Source: Actinomycetota bacterium
GTDB lineage: Bacteria > Actinomycetota > Acidimicrobiia > Acidimicrobiales > Aldehydirespiratoraceae
NCBI GenBank assembly: GCA_029979265.1
Contig: JAPOHW010000010.1
Coordinates: forward strand, 44,689-108,688
DNA: 64,000 nt
Direction: 5' to 3'
The translations under genes were made by a program, and so were the position numbers. Shown piece after piece: positions 28,027-38,179 of the stretch. The first letter of the stretch is position 1. Every line of letters begins with the position of its first letter. The notes beneath the pieces were generated by a model that saw only the letters and a list, made by a program, of their open reading frames with translations, was not told the DNA's origin and did no database searches.

Positions 28027-30594
28027 ATGAAGTCCAACGAGGTACGCAAGGCGTTCACCGACTTCTTCGTCGAACGCGAGCACAACCATCAACCGTCGGC
28101 GTCGTTGATTCCGCACGATCCGACGCTGCTGTTCACCGTGGCGGGGATGGTGCCGTTCAAGACCTATTTCACCGGCGAAGAGATTCCCCCGTACCAGCGT
28201 GCCGTCACCATTCAGAAGTGTGTGCGGGCCGGTGGCAAGCACAACGACCTCGACGAGATCGGCCGTACGAAACGTCACCTCACGTTCTTCGAAATGATGG
28301 GGAACTTCAGTTTTGGTGAGTACTTCAAGCGTGACGCGTGCGCGTGGGCATGGGAATTCGTCACCGATGTCCTCGGGCTCGACAAGGATCGACTGTGGGT
28401 CACCGTCCATCTCAGCGACGACGAAGCTGCCGAGATCTGGGAACACCATGTCGGCGTTCCTGCCGAGCGCATTCAACGCCTCGACGAGGACAACTACTGG
28501 AAGATGGGCGACGTCGGTCCGTGTGGGCCGTGTTCGGAGATCTTCTGGGACAAGGGGCCCGAGTTCGGTGACGACGGTGGCCCCGAACACGGCGACGAGG
28601 ATCGATTCATCGAGATATGGAACCTCGTTTTCATGCAGTTCGACCAGCAGGCCGACGGCTCGAAAGTGCCCCTTCCCAAGCCATCCATCGATACCGGGAT
28701 GGGCCTCGAGCGCACGGTGTCGGTGCTGCAGGGTGTGGATTCGGTCTGGGACACCGACGAACTCTTCGCGTTGCAGGGGGCGGCTGCTGAACTGACCGGT
28801 GTCGATCCGTCGACCGCCCCGTTCGAGCAACTCGTGTCGCTGCGGATTCTTGCCGATCATGCACGATCGACCTCGATGCTGGTGAGCGACGGGGTGTTTC
28901 CCTCCAACGAAGCGCGCGGCTATGTCCTGCGCCGCATCCTGCGTCGGGCGGTGCGACATGCGTACATCCTCGGCGTCGAAACCGCAGTGATGGGGGGCAT
29001 GGTCGACGCGGTCGTCGAGATCATGGGACCCGACTACCCGGATCTTGTCGCCAACCACGCATTCGTCCGAGACGTCATCGATCGTGAGGAGGTTCGCTTC
29101 CGCGAGACGCTTCGCAAGGGTCAGACGATCCTCGACGAACAGCTCGAATCCCTGTCCGAGGGTGCGCCTCTGCCCGGTGACATCGCCTTTCTCCTGCACG
29201 ACACCTATGGCTTTCCGCTCGAGGTGACCCAAGAGATCACCCAAGAGCGAGGGGTCGACGTCGACGTCGAGGGATTTCGTTCGGCGATGGCCGAGCAGCA
29301 GCGACAGGCCAAGGAGGCCCGCAAAGTCGCAGCTGCTGGGGACACGTCGCATCTCACCGCACTCGTCGACGAATACGGCGAGACCGACTTCACGGGCCGT
29401 GACGAGGTCTCTTCGCAGGCGACGGTGTTGTACATCGATGACGAGATTGTCGTCCTCGACCGCACGCCGTTCTACGCCGAGTCGGGTGGTCAGATCGGCG
29501 ACACCGGCACGATCAGCGGCGGTGGAACCACGATCGATGTCACCGACACCCGCTATGGCGTCCCCGGGCTGCACATCCACGAGGTCACCGGGAGCGGTGG
29601 GATCGAGCTCGGCCAGACCGTCACCGCCACGATCGACGATGAGCGTCGTGCGGCGATTCGTCGCAACCACACCGCCACGCACATTCTTCACCATGCGTTG
29701 CGCGAAGTCCTCGGTGACCATGTCAAGCAGCAGGGCTCCTACGTCGGTCCCGACCGGCTCCGGTTCGATTTCAGTCACTACGAGGGCATGACTCCCGAGC
29801 AAGTGGCGGCCGTTGAAGATCTTGTGAACGCCGAAGTCCTCGACAACGGGTCGTGTCGCCACTTCGAGACCACGATGGAGACTGCCGAGCAGCTCGGGGC
29901 GATCGCTTTTTTCGGCGACAAGTACGGGGACGTGGTTCGGGTGCTCGAAGCAGGGCGTCATTCCGTCGAGCTGTGCGGCGGTACCCATGTCAAAGCGCTC
30001 GGCGACATCGGCCAGTTCCGCATCGTCAGCGAGGGTTCGATCGGCTCCAACATCCGTCGTGTGGAGGCGCTCACCGGAACGGCGACGATCGCACGGGCAC
30101 GCCAGATGGAGTCGATGGTCACGTCGGCGGCGGGGACGCTCGGCGCCCAGAGCACGCTCGACCTCGAAGAGGTCGCCGCAACCCGCATGGCCGAGATCAA
30201 GCAGCTCCACAGGGAACTGGCTCGGCTCAAGCAGCAGGCGGCGGTCGGTCAGGCCCCCCAGTTGGCGGCGACTGCGGTTGATGGCGTCGTCGTCGCACGT
30301 GTCGACGATCTCGAACGCGACTCGCTTCGTGATCTTGCAGTCTCGATCCGTGACCAGGACCAGGTTCACGCAGTCGTCCTCGCCGGAGCGCTCGCCGGCG
30401 GGAATGGTGTCGCTCTGGTGAGTGCAGTCACGCCCGAGAGTCCGCTGAACGCTGGCGTGTTGATCAACGATGCCAAGACGACGGTCGGTGGCGGCGGGAA
30501 ACCTGCTGACGATCTGGCAGTGGCGGGCGGCAAGCATGTCGAGAAGATCGACGAGGCGCTCGAGCAGGTCCGGGCGGCGGCCGGAATCGAGTGA
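28027..30594 (+). CDS. alaS: Alanine--tRNA ligase
   Basis: FTVAGMVPFK, WNLVFMQFD, and an editing-domain HxxxH (HTATHILHHAL). Confidence 0.96.
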   Translation: MKSNEVRKAFTDFFVEREHNHQPSASLIPHDPTLLFTVAGMVPFKTYFTGEEIPPYQRAVTIQKCVRAGGKHNDLDEIGRTKRHLTFFEMMGNFSFGEYFKRDACAWAWEFVTDVLGLDKDRLWVTVHLSDDEAAEIWEHHVGVPAERIQRLDEDNYWKMGDVGPCGPCSEIFWDKGPEFGDDGGPEHGDEDRFIEIWNLVFMQFDQQADGSKVPLPKPSIDTGMGLERTVSVLQGVDSVWDTDELFALQGAAAELTGVDPSTAPFEQLVSLRILADHARSTSMLVSDGVFPSNEARGYVLRRILRRAVRHAYILGVETAVMGGMVDAVVEIMGPDYPDLVANHAFVRDVIDREEVRFRETLRKGQTILDEQLESLSEGAPLPGDIAFLLHDTYGFPLEVTQEITQERGVDVDVEGFRSAMAEQQRQAKEARKVAAAGDTSHLTALVDEYGETDFTGRDEVSSQATVLYIDDEIVVLDRTPFYAESGGQIGDTGTISGGGTTIDVTDTRYGVPGLHIHEVTGSGGIELGQTVTATIDDERRAAIRRNHTATHILHHALREVLGDHVKQQGSYVGPDRLRFDFSHYEGMTPEQVAAVEDLVNAEVLDNGSCRHFETTMETAEQLGAIAFFGDKYGDVVRVLEAGRHSVELCGGTHVKALGDIGQFRIVSEGSIGSNIRRVEALTGTATIARARQMESMVTSAAGTLGAQSTLDLEEVAATRMAEIKQLHRELARLKQQAAVGQAPQLAATAVDGVVVARVDDLERDSLRDLAVSIRDQDQVHAVVLAGALAGGNGVALVSAVTPESPLNAGVLINDAKTTVGGGGKPADDLAVAGGKHVEKIDEALEQVRAAAGIE

Positions 30595-31052
30595 CCACCG
30601 TGAGAGCCCTCGGGCTCGACCTCGGCCAGAAACGGGTCGGGGTCGCAGTGAGCGACAGCGCAGGTGCGCTTGCGATGCCGATCGAGGTGCTCGATCGACT
30701 CGGTGACCGCACGCGCGAACACCGGGCCATTGCCGAACTCGTCGAGGAGTGGGACGTCGAGATCGTTGTTGTGGGCCTGCCCTACAACATGGACGGCACT
30801 GCCGGGTCGCAGGCCCGGCGGTACGCCGCCGAAGCCAAGGCATTGGGCGACACCCTTGACGTGCCCGTTGTTCTCTACGATGAACGACTGACGACGGTCA
30901 CTGCGGAGCGGAGCCTGATGGAGCAGAACGTGAACGCACAGCACCGCCGACACATCATCGACAAGGTCGCGGCGTCGGTGATGTTGCAGTCGTGGCTCGA
31001 TGCCGGTCAACCGCTGGGCGACGAGACCTCGCCGGAGCCGGGGATACGCTGA
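30591..31052 (+). CDS. ruvX: Holliday junction resolvase-like RNase RuvX/YqgF
   Basis: LGLDLGQKRVGVAVSD. GTGA overlap with alaS. Confidence 0.9.
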   Translation: MTTVRALGLDLGQKRVGVAVSDSAGALAMPIEVLDRLGDRTREHRAIAELVEEWDVEIVVVGLPYNMDGTAGSQARRYAAEAKALGDTLDVPVVLYDERLTTVTAERSLMEQNVNAQHRRHIIDKVAASVMLQSWLDAGQPLGDETSPEPGIR

Positions 31053-32590
31053 TGGCCAAGCGAAACTGGAGTGCCTTTCTCACCGGCGCGGTCGATGATG
31101 CAGAACTGCACGAGCCTCGGGGGCCGGTGAGCCCTCCGGCACCGGGCACTCCGGGTGCGCCGCCTTCTCAGATCTCCGACCAACCGCTGTACCCTCCGGC
31201 CCGCACTCGTCGACCGGTCACCCGGGTTGCACGCCCCGTGAGCGCTGCGCCGGCAGCGGCACGCACCGACCCGATCGTCCTCGGCCCCGGAGGGCAGCCG
31301 CAGACCTCGATTGCCCTCCCCGATCACGAGGCGCCACCCGGTGCGGTGCTGGTCGCCGGCATCGACCCCGACGGCACCGAGTGGGTACTCGAAGATGATC
31401 CCGAGGCGTTTCCCCTCGTCGATCCCCGCTACGACGACGAAGACAAGAACTGGGTCCGCTACCGCACGAGTTGGGGTGGCTTTCTCCGGTTTGTGGCGCT
31501 GCTGCTGTTCTCGGTCTGGCTGGTGTTTGCCGTGCGCGACCGCATCTACCAGTGGGTCGACGATCAAATCGAGCCTGCTGGGCTGCAAGGCCTCGACGCG
31601 ATCGAATTCGTCATCCCGACAGGCGCATCGACCAACAATGTCGCCACGTCGCTCGAGGGCGCGAACATCATCCAGAACGCCACCGTTTTTCGGTACTGGC
31701 TTCGCTGCGAGGGTGAACTCACGATCTCCGGGTTCCTCGGCTGCGACACCGAAGTCACCTTCCAGGCCGGGGAGTACGAACTCTTCGAGAACATGGAGTT
31801 CGAAGACATCGTGTCGACGTTTGATGCCGGGCCGATCCCAGAGGTGTTCGTGCGCTTCAACGTGCCGGAGGGGCTCCGTCTGAACGAGATCGTCGACCGG
31901 CTCGTTGCCGTCAACGAGAACTTCGATCGCACCGAGATTCTCAATGCGCTGCGAAGCCCGAGTCTCGTCTCGGAGTTCTACGCACCTGGCTCGGAAGCAC
32001 CAGCATCGCTCGCCCTCGAAGGGACGCTCTTCCCTGCGTCGTACGACGTGAACGAAGACGATCTCTACGACGAAGCGAAGTTCTTGCAGCGCATGGCCGA
32101 CGCGTTCGACGAACGATTCCAGTCACTTCTCGGTGAACTCGGTCGCGATCCAGCCATCCTGGAACTCGGCCTCAGCGACTACGACGTGATCATCATCGCA
32201 TCGTTGATCGAGGAAGAAGCCAAGGTCGACGTCGACCGTCCTCGTATGGCGCGCGCGATCTACAACCGACTCGCCCAGGGTGTGCCGCTGCAGATCGATG
32301 CGACCGTCTATTACGCGGCCGGCAAGTCGTTCACCGAGCCCCTGTTCCAGTCCGACCTCGATGCCGAGTCGCCGTGGAACACCTACACCACGGCGGGCAT
32401 CCCGCCCACGCCCATAGCGGCACCTGGTGAGGCAGCATTGCGAGCAGCGCTCGCCCCAGCCGATGGGGAGTGGATCTTCTGGGCACGCACGGACGAGGGT
32501 GGCATCGTGGGTGCGCACACGTTCTCGGTGACACTTGCCGAGCACAACGATGCCGTTGCGGTCTGTCGCGAGTTGGGCTACTGCGGATGA
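31052..32590 (+). CDS. mltG: Endolytic murein transglycosylase MltG (YceG-like) with long Pro-rich N-terminal region
   Basis: TM segment followed by a YceG core (SPWNTYTTAGIPPTPIAAPG). ATG 31052 overlaps the ruvX stop. Confidence 0.85.
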   Translation: MAKRNWSAFLTGAVDDAELHEPRGPVSPPAPGTPGAPPSQISDQPLYPPARTRRPVTRVARPVSAAPAAARTDPIVLGPGGQPQTSIALPDHEAPPGAVLVAGIDPDGTEWVLEDDPEAFPLVDPRYDDEDKNWVRYRTSWGGFLRFVALLLFSVWLVFAVRDRIYQWVDDQIEPAGLQGLDAIEFVIPTGASTNNVATSLEGANIIQNATVFRYWLRCEGELTISGFLGCDTEVTFQAGEYELFENMEFEDIVSTFDAGPIPEVFVRFNVPEGLRLNEIVDRLVAVNENFDRTEILNALRSPSLVSEFYAPGSEAPASLALEGTLFPASYDVNEDDLYDEAKFLQRMADAFDERFQSLLGELGRDPAILELGLSDYDVIIIASLIEEEAKVDVDRPRMARAIYNRLAQGVPLQIDATVYYAAGKSFTEPLFQSDLDAESPWNTYTTAGIPPTPIAAPGEAALRAALAPADGEWIFWARTDEGGIVGAHTFSVTLAEHNDAVAVCRELGYCG

Positions 32591-33417
32591 CCCCGATCAC
32601 CGGGGCGACGATCACGGTCGGTGTCATTGGCGACCCGGTTCGTCACTCCCTCTCACCTGCGCTCCACAACGCGGCATTCGCGGCCCTCGACGTCGACGCA
32701 GTGTCGGTGGCCTACCCGGTCGCCACCGGTGACGATGCCGGCCTATCGGCAGTCGAGGCGATGCGGACACTCGGCATCCGCGGACTCTCTGTCACCATGC
32801 CGCACAAGGAGTCGGTTGCTGCAGCCGCCGACCGGCGCACCGCAGCGGTCGACACCCTCGGATCGGCGAACTGCCTCGTCAACGACGATGGCGTCGTCAC
32901 CGCACACTCGACCGACGGCGATGGGCTCGTCCGGAGTCTGCTGATCGAGTCGTCGGTCGACGTCAGTGGCCGTGAGGTGGCCGTGATCGGCGCCGGGGGC
33001 GCGGCTCGTGCAGTGATCGACGCCCTTGCTCGGGCAGGTGCATCGATCACCGTCGTCAACCGCAGTGCCGACCGTGCGACTGCTGCTGCGGCCTTGGCCG
33101 GTGAGCGGGGGCGGGTCGGCGTTGCCGCCGACCTCTCGGCTGCCGATGTGATTGTCAACGCAACGCCGATCGGTATGGGTTCCGATCCTCGCAGCCCGGT
33201 CGAACCGACCCTGCTGCGCACGGGTCAGGTCGTGGTCGATCTGATTTATCACCCCGCTCGCACGGCCCTGCTCGACGCCGCAGCGGCGGTCGGTGCTCAG
33301 GCGGTCAACGGGCTGCCGATGCTGTTGCACCAGGCCGCCATGCAACTTGAGCTGTGGACCGGCGAACCGGCACCCGTCGATGCGATGCGCGCTGTGGTCG
33401 AGGCAAGTTTCACGTAA
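32587..33417 (+). CDS. aroE: Shikimate dehydrogenase
   Basis: GVIGDPVRHSLSPALHNAAF, VIGAGGAARA. ATGA overlap with mltG. Confidence 0.9.
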   Translation: MTPITGATITVGVIGDPVRHSLSPALHNAAFAALDVDAVSVAYPVATGDDAGLSAVEAMRTLGIRGLSVTMPHKESVAAAADRRTAAVDTLGSANCLVNDDGVVTAHSTDGDGLVRSLLIESSVDVSGREVAVIGAGGAARAVIDALARAGASITVVNRSADRATAAAALAGERGRVGVAADLSAADVIVNATPIGMGSDPRSPVEPTLLRTGQVVVDLIYHPARTALLDAAAAVGAQAVNGLPMLLHQAAMQLELWTGEPAPVDAMRAVVEASFT

Positions 33418-33477
33418 TTCTCAGTTGACCATCGATGTGTGCCGATGGTGTGGTGTCGCTTTACAAAGGAGTTCGCC

Positions 33478-34518
33478 GTGGCACTCTCGGGCAGTCTCGA
33501 AACATTTGATCTTGCCGATGTACTCCGTCTTCTCGCCTTTTCCGAGAAGACGGGTCGATTGCTGGTCGCTGGTCCGCATACGCGGGGAAGTGTCCTGGTC
33601 GCTGGCGGGAAGGTGGTGGGGACGGAACTCGAATCTCCGACAACGCTCGAGTTGAATGACACCGAGGCCGTGTTCGGCCTGCTCCGCTTCGAATCCGGCA
33701 CGTTCACGTTCGAGAACGACGACGTCGCGTCCACCCCCGACGCAGGTTTCTCGATGGAAGAGGTGCTCGGCGCAGCGGAGGCGATGCTGGCGGAGTGGCG
33801 TTTGATCGAACCCGTCGTGCCGTCGCTGGAGGTCTGGATCACCCTTCGGCCTGAGATGGAACGGCCCGACGTCACGATCGATGCGCAACAGTGGCGATGC
33901 ATTGCGCTCGTCGGCACCGGCGTACAGGTTGGTCTGGTAGCCGAGACGCTGCGTCTCAACGAGCTCGAGTCCTGTCGACTGGTGAAGGAGCTCGTCGACG
34001 CGGGCCTGCTCCGGACGATCGACATGCCTGTCGCAGCGGTGCCTGTTGCGGATCAGCACGTCGTGGCTGCCGAGCCGGAGGAGGACGAACGCGAGTATGC
34101 GCCGGAGCCGAGTCCGGAGGCTGAGTCCCCGGAGGTCAGCGGTAACGCTGACCCGTCGTTCATCGACGATGTCGCCGTCGAATCGGCGCCCGTTCCCGAG
34201 CATGAACCCGTAACCGGCTCCGAGCCCGACCCAGGGGAGGCACTTCCGGTAGCGGAGGACGAGCCGATGGGCGATGAGGCTGCGGGGGTGTCAGATGCAA
34301 CCGCCGATGCTCATGCCGAGGTAGAGGCCGATATCGATGCCGACGACATGGCCCGTCAACTCGCCAATCTCTCGCCGCGTGCTGCTGAGGCTGTTGCCGC
34401 CGTTGTCCACGCAACGATCGATACCGAGCCTGAGGGTGGCGGAACCGCACTGAAAACTGCGGTGAAGCCGGGCAAGCGACGTCGTCGCCGCAGGTCTCGG
34501 AAATCCTCCGAGTCGTGA
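33478..34518 (+). CDS. PATAN/DUF4388 domain protein with acidic disordered region and poly-Arg tail
   Basis: N-terminus LSGSLETFDLADVLRLLAFSEKTGRLLVAGPHTRGSVLVAGGKVVG matches the DUF4388 hallmark. AAGGAG lies 6 nt before GTG 33478. The C-terminus is an E/D/P-rich region ending KPGKRRRRRRSRK. Confidence 0.75.
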   Translation: MALSGSLETFDLADVLRLLAFSEKTGRLLVAGPHTRGSVLVAGGKVVGTELESPTTLELNDTEAVFGLLRFESGTFTFENDDVASTPDAGFSMEEVLGAAEAMLAEWRLIEPVVPSLEVWITLRPEMERPDVTIDAQQWRCIALVGTGVQVGLVAETLRLNELESCRLVKELVDAGLLRTIDMPVAAVPVADQHVVAAEPEEDEREYAPEPSPEAESPEVSGNADPSFIDDVAVESAPVPEHEPVTGSEPDPGEALPVAEDEPMGDEAAGVSDATADAHAEVEADIDADDMARQLANLSPRAAEAVAAVVHATIDTEPEGGGTALKTAVKPGKRRRRRRSRKSSES

Positions 34519-34520
34519 AC

Positions 34521-34542
34521 CTGTCTCGGGTCACCGAGACAG
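34521..34542 (+). terminator. Perfect 9-bp hairpin just after the DUF4388 gene stop
   Basis: CTGTCTCGG-gtca-CCGAGACAG, 3 nt after TGA 34516-34518. No U-tract. Confidence 0.45.
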
Positions 34543-34582
34543 CACGATCGATGTCCTCGGGTGAGGAGCAGCGCGGCATCCG

Positions 34583-35422
34583 ATGGACGTGATTCCTGTC
34601 CTCATTGCGATTCCGTGCGGTCTGCTCGCCGGTGGATTCGCTTCGGTACTCATCGCCCGAATTCCCGACAGGGTGCCGCTCACCATGGCGTCACGCTGTC
34701 CGGCCTGCGAGTGCCGTCTGGGACTCGGTGACATCGTGCCGGTGGTGTCGTGGGTGCTCGTACGCGGTCGTTGTCGTCATTGCGCGTCGCCCATTCCGGC
34801 TGCGTATCCGATCGTCGAGCTTGTCACTGCATCGCTGTTCGTCCTGGTCGCAGTCGAATACGGCATCGACTGGCTGGCACTTCCCCCGCTCGTTCTCGTT
34901 GTGGCACTCGTGGCGCTTTCGACGATCGACATCGAGGTGTATCGGCTGCCGAATCGTCTGGTCTTTCCTGCGGTGGCCGTATCGGCTGTGGTGATGAGCG
35001 CGATTGCCGTTGCCATCGATCGTCCGGAGGTCCTGCCCAGGGCGGCAGCGGGAGCGGCCGGCTATTTTCTGCTGTTGTTCGCGGCCCATCTGGTCTCGCC
35101 CCGGGGGCTCGGGTTCGGTGACGTCAAACTGTCGCTCCTCCTGGGGCTCCACCTCGGCTGGACGGCAGGCGTCACCTACCGCGGCTGGGCGCCTGTTGTT
35201 CGCCTGGTGTTTCATGCGCTCCTTATCGGCTGTGTCATCGGCGTTGTGGTGGGGCTCCTCGTGGCGGTGCTGCGCCGGGGCGGGCGTGATCTCGTACCGG
35301 ATCCGCTAGCAGACGTCGAGACCCCGCCCGCACGACTCCTTCACAACAGCTTTCCGTTCGGCCCGGCGTTGGCTGCGGCCACGATGCTCCTGGTGCTCTA
35401 TCCCGATCTCGTCATCGGCTGA
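34583..35422 (+). CDS. pilD: Prepilin peptidase (A24 family)
   Basis: N-terminal CPACE...CRHC zinc-type motif. Polytopic. Catalytic-Asp contexts STIDIEVYRLPN and GLGFGDVKL. Confidence 0.85.
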   Translation: MDVIPVLIAIPCGLLAGGFASVLIARIPDRVPLTMASRCPACECRLGLGDIVPVVSWVLVRGRCRHCASPIPAAYPIVELVTASLFVLVAVEYGIDWLALPPLVLVVALVALSTIDIEVYRLPNRLVFPAVAVSAVVMSAIAVAIDRPEVLPRAAAGAAGYFLLLFAAHLVSPRGLGFGDVKLSLLLGLHLGWTAGVTYRGWAPVVRLVFHALLIGCVIGVVVGLLVAVLRRGGRDLVPDPLADVETPPARLLHNSFPFGPALAAATMLLVLYPDLVIG

Positions 35423-35428
35423 GCGAAC

Positions 35429-35434
35429 TAGCCT
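35429..35434 (+). promoter_or_regulatory. -10-like box TAGCCT, 7 nt before aroB ATG
   Basis: ACTAGCCT-tgcagaa-ATG. Confidence 0.45.
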
Positions 35435-35441
35435 TGCAGAA

Positions 35442-36458
35442 ATGACAGCTCGGTCGATCGTCACCATCACCGTCGATCTCGGTGATCGCAGGTATCCGGT
35501 GCTGGTCGGACACGGCGCTCGCCACGAGCTCGCAACCGTGACCCCCGACGGCGCACGGCGCGTCGCCATCGTCACCCAGCCCGGTATCCCGTGGGTCGTC
35601 GACCCCGGTGTCGACTCGATCCGGATCGAGATCCCCGATGGTGAGACGGCCAAGTCACTGGCTGTCGTGGAAGACGTCTGTCGACAGTTGGCGGTTGCCG
35701 GCTTCACGAGAGCTGATGCCATTGTCGCCGTCGGTGGTGGAGTGGTCACCGACGTTGCGGGTTTCGTTGCCGCCGTTTATCACCGTGGCATTCGTTTCGT
35801 GTCCGTTTCCACGACGTTGCTCGGACAGGTCGACGCTGCCATCGGCGGCAAGACGGGAGTGAATCTCGCCGAGGGCAAGAATCTGGTGGGCGCGTTCTGG
35901 CAGCCGTCGGCCGTCATCTGTGACACCGAGACCCTCGAGAGCCTTCCCCCACGCGAGTTCCAATGCGGCGCAGGTGAGATCGCCAAATATCACTTCCTCG
36001 GTGGCGGACGCCTCGACGAGCTCTCTCTCGACGAGCGGGTGGCGGCCTGTGTGAGGATCAAGGCCGACGTGGTCATGGCCGATGAGCTCGAGAGCGGCAA
36101 ACGCGCCATCCTCAACTACGGACACACCCTTGCCCACGCGATCGAGACAGCGGGGGCATACGACCTGCGTCACGGCGAGGCAGTCGCAATCGGTATTCGG
36201 TACGCAGCCGAGGTGGCACACCGACTGGGGAGGATCGGGCCGGACCGAGTCGCGGAACACGATCGAGTCCTTTCGGCCTACTCGCTGCCGTCGAAGGTTC
36301 CCGATGAACTCACCGACGACGAATTGCTCGCCCTCTTTGCACGCGACAAGAAAGCGATCGACGGGGTGACATTCGTGCTCGACGGACCGAGCGGCGTGGA
36401 GACGGTCGTCGGTGTCGACCAGTCGGTCCTCGTCGGCTCGTTCGAGGCAGTTCGGTGA
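35442..36458 (+). CDS. aroB: 3-dehydroquinate synthase
   Basis: GGGVVTDVAGFVAAVYHRG, LNYGHTLAHAIE. TAGCCT lies 7 nt upstream of the ATG. Confidence 0.92.
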   Translation: MTARSIVTITVDLGDRRYPVLVGHGARHELATVTPDGARRVAIVTQPGIPWVVDPGVDSIRIEIPDGETAKSLAVVEDVCRQLAVAGFTRADAIVAVGGGVVTDVAGFVAAVYHRGIRFVSVSTTLLGQVDAAIGGKTGVNLAEGKNLVGAFWQPSAVICDTETLESLPPREFQCGAGEIAKYHFLGGGRLDELSLDERVAACVRIKADVVMADELESGKRAILNYGHTLAHAIETAGAYDLRHGEAVAIGIRYAAEVAHRLGRIGPDRVAEHDRVLSAYSLPSKVPDELTDDELLALFARDKKAIDGVTFVLDGPSGVETVVGVDQSVLVGSFEAVR

Positions 36459-37582
36459 CCAACGCAGCAGTTCTTGCCTCCCTGCCGCCGCTGCGGGTCG
36501 ACGGACGAGTCGACAAGTTGCGAGCGGTGATGAGGGATCAGGGGCTCGATGCGTTCGTGGTCTCGGGCCTGTCGAGCGTGCGATGGCTCACCGGGTTCAC
36601 CGGTTCCAACGCAGCGGTCGTGGTCACGCCCGACACCTTCACGCTCGTCACCGACGGCCGATACGAGACGCAGGCGCCTGCGCAGCTTGCCGAGGTCGGC
36701 TGCACGGCGTCGGTCGTTCTCGATCGATGGCTCGTCAGCGGGGCGGTTGGCGCCATCGGATCCGCCCGACGGGTTGCGCTCGAGGCTGACGTCGTGACGT
36801 GGTCGGTGTTGCAGCGCTGGCAGGGCGAGATCTCCGCCACCGTCGAACTGGTCCCGACGCACCGAATCCCCGCCGAACTCCGAGCCGTCAAGGACGATGC
36901 CGAACTCGCTCGGATCGCCAAGGCGGCCAGCATTGTCGACGGTGTCCTTGCCGACGTGGAGTCGTTGCTCGTCCCGGGAGTCAGCGAGCGAGCGATCGGC
37001 ACGGCGCTCGACGACGGTATCCGGGCGGCGGGGGCATCGGGTCCTGGCTACGACACCATCGTAGGTTCGGGTCCGAACGCAGCGCTCCCGCATGCCCGAC
37101 CGACCGACCGTGTCATGGAGGCCGGGGATCTGGTCGTGATCGACGTTGGTGGCCTGGTCGACGGGTACCGCAGCGATATGACCCGTACCTTTGTGATCGG
37201 TGGTCCCGACGCCGCCGACGACACCGCAGTCGAGATCCACAGCCTCGTGACCCGGGCACAGGCAGCTGGTGTCGCCGCGGTACGGCCGGGCATCGAGGCT
37301 CGTGAGGTCGATGAAGCCTGCCGCTCGATCATTCGGGATGCAGGTCATGGCGATCACTTCGGTCACGGGACTGGCCACGGGGTCGGTCTCGACATTCACG
37401 AGCTGCCGTCTGTGCACGCCACCGACACCGCTATCCTCCAGCCGGGACACGTGCTCACCGTCGAACCCGGCGTGTATCTCCCCGGCATCGGTGGGGTTCG
37501 GGTCGAAGACCTCGTGGTGGTCACGGAGACGGGTTGTCAGCCCCTGACATCGTCACCCAAGCTCCACTTCTCTCCCTCCTAG
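36455..37582 (+). CDS. pepQ: Xaa-Pro aminopeptidase (M24B)
   Basis: [38 protein letters not shown]...VEDLV. GTGA overlap with aroB. Confidence 0.88.
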   Translation: MTNAAVLASLPPLRVDGRVDKLRAVMRDQGLDAFVVSGLSSVRWLTGFTGSNAAVVVTPDTFTLVTDGRYETQAPAQLAEVGCTASVVLDRWLVSGAVGAIGSARRVALEADVVTWSVLQRWQGEISATVELVPTHRIPAELRAVKDDAELARIAKAASIVDGVLADVESLLVPGVSERAIGTALDDGIRAAGASGPGYDTIVGSGPNAALPHARPTDRVMEAGDLVVIDVGGLVDGYRSDMTRTFVIGGPDAADDTAVEIHSLVTRAQAAGVAAVRPGIEAREVDEACRSIIRDAGHGDHFGHGTGHGVGLDIHELPSVHATDTAILQPGHVLTVEPGVYLPGIGGVRVEDLVVVTETGCQPLTSSPKLHFSPS

Positions 37583-37599
37583 CACCTCCGAGGTAGCCG

Positions 37600-38163
37600 A
37601 TGCCCACCATCACGACCAACGACTTGAAAAACGGCATGACCCTCGAGCTCGAGGAAGGCCTCTTCCAGGTGGTCGACTTTCAGCATGTCAAGCCGGGAAA
37701 GGGTCACGCCTTCGTTCGCACCAGCCTGCGCAACGTTCGCGCCGGCGGCACCGTCGAGCGAACGTTCCGGGCCGGTGAGAAGGTCGAGCGTGCGACCATC
37801 GACAAGCGAGATTTCAATTTCCTCTACCGGGACGGCAGCGACTACGTCTTCATGGACAACGAGACGTACGAGCAGCTGCACGTCGCGCCAGAGGCGCTCG
37901 GCGATGCCGGAAACTTCATTGTCGATGGCTCGTCGGTCGTTCTCGAGATGTTCGGCTCGGAAATCGTGGGTACCGACTTGCCGGCTGCGGTCGAACTGAA
38001 CATCGAGTTCACGGAGCCGGGCCTGCAGGGCGACCGATCATCGGGGGGCACGAAGCCGGCCACCCTCGAGACCGGGCTTGTCGTCCAGGTGCCGCTGTTC
38101 ATCGAGCCCGGTGAGCGGGTCAAGATCGACACCCGCTCCGGTGAGTATCTGAGCCGCGCCTAG
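37600..38163 (+). CDS. efp: Elongation factor P
   Basis: FQHVKPGKGHAFVRTSLRNV, and the full three-domain length. GAGG SD 6 nt upstream. Confidence 0.95.
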   Translation: MPTITTNDLKNGMTLELEEGLFQVVDFQHVKPGKGHAFVRTSLRNVRAGGTVERTFRAGEKVERATIDKRDFNFLYRDGSDYVFMDNETYEQLHVAPEALGDAGNFIVDGSSVVLEMFGSEIVGTDLPAAVELNIEFTEPGLQGDRSSGGTKPATLETGLVVQVPLFIEPGERVKIDTRSGEYLSRA

Positions 38164-38179
38164 CGGCGACGGACGTCTC

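Noticed and set aside
27625-30843. 1072-aa ORF on the minus strand covering all of alaS
   Set aside because: It is antisense to an unmistakable alaS. The translation is Arg/Gly/Pro-rich and low-complexity with no recognisable motifs, which is the typical shadow ORF of a GC-rich genome.
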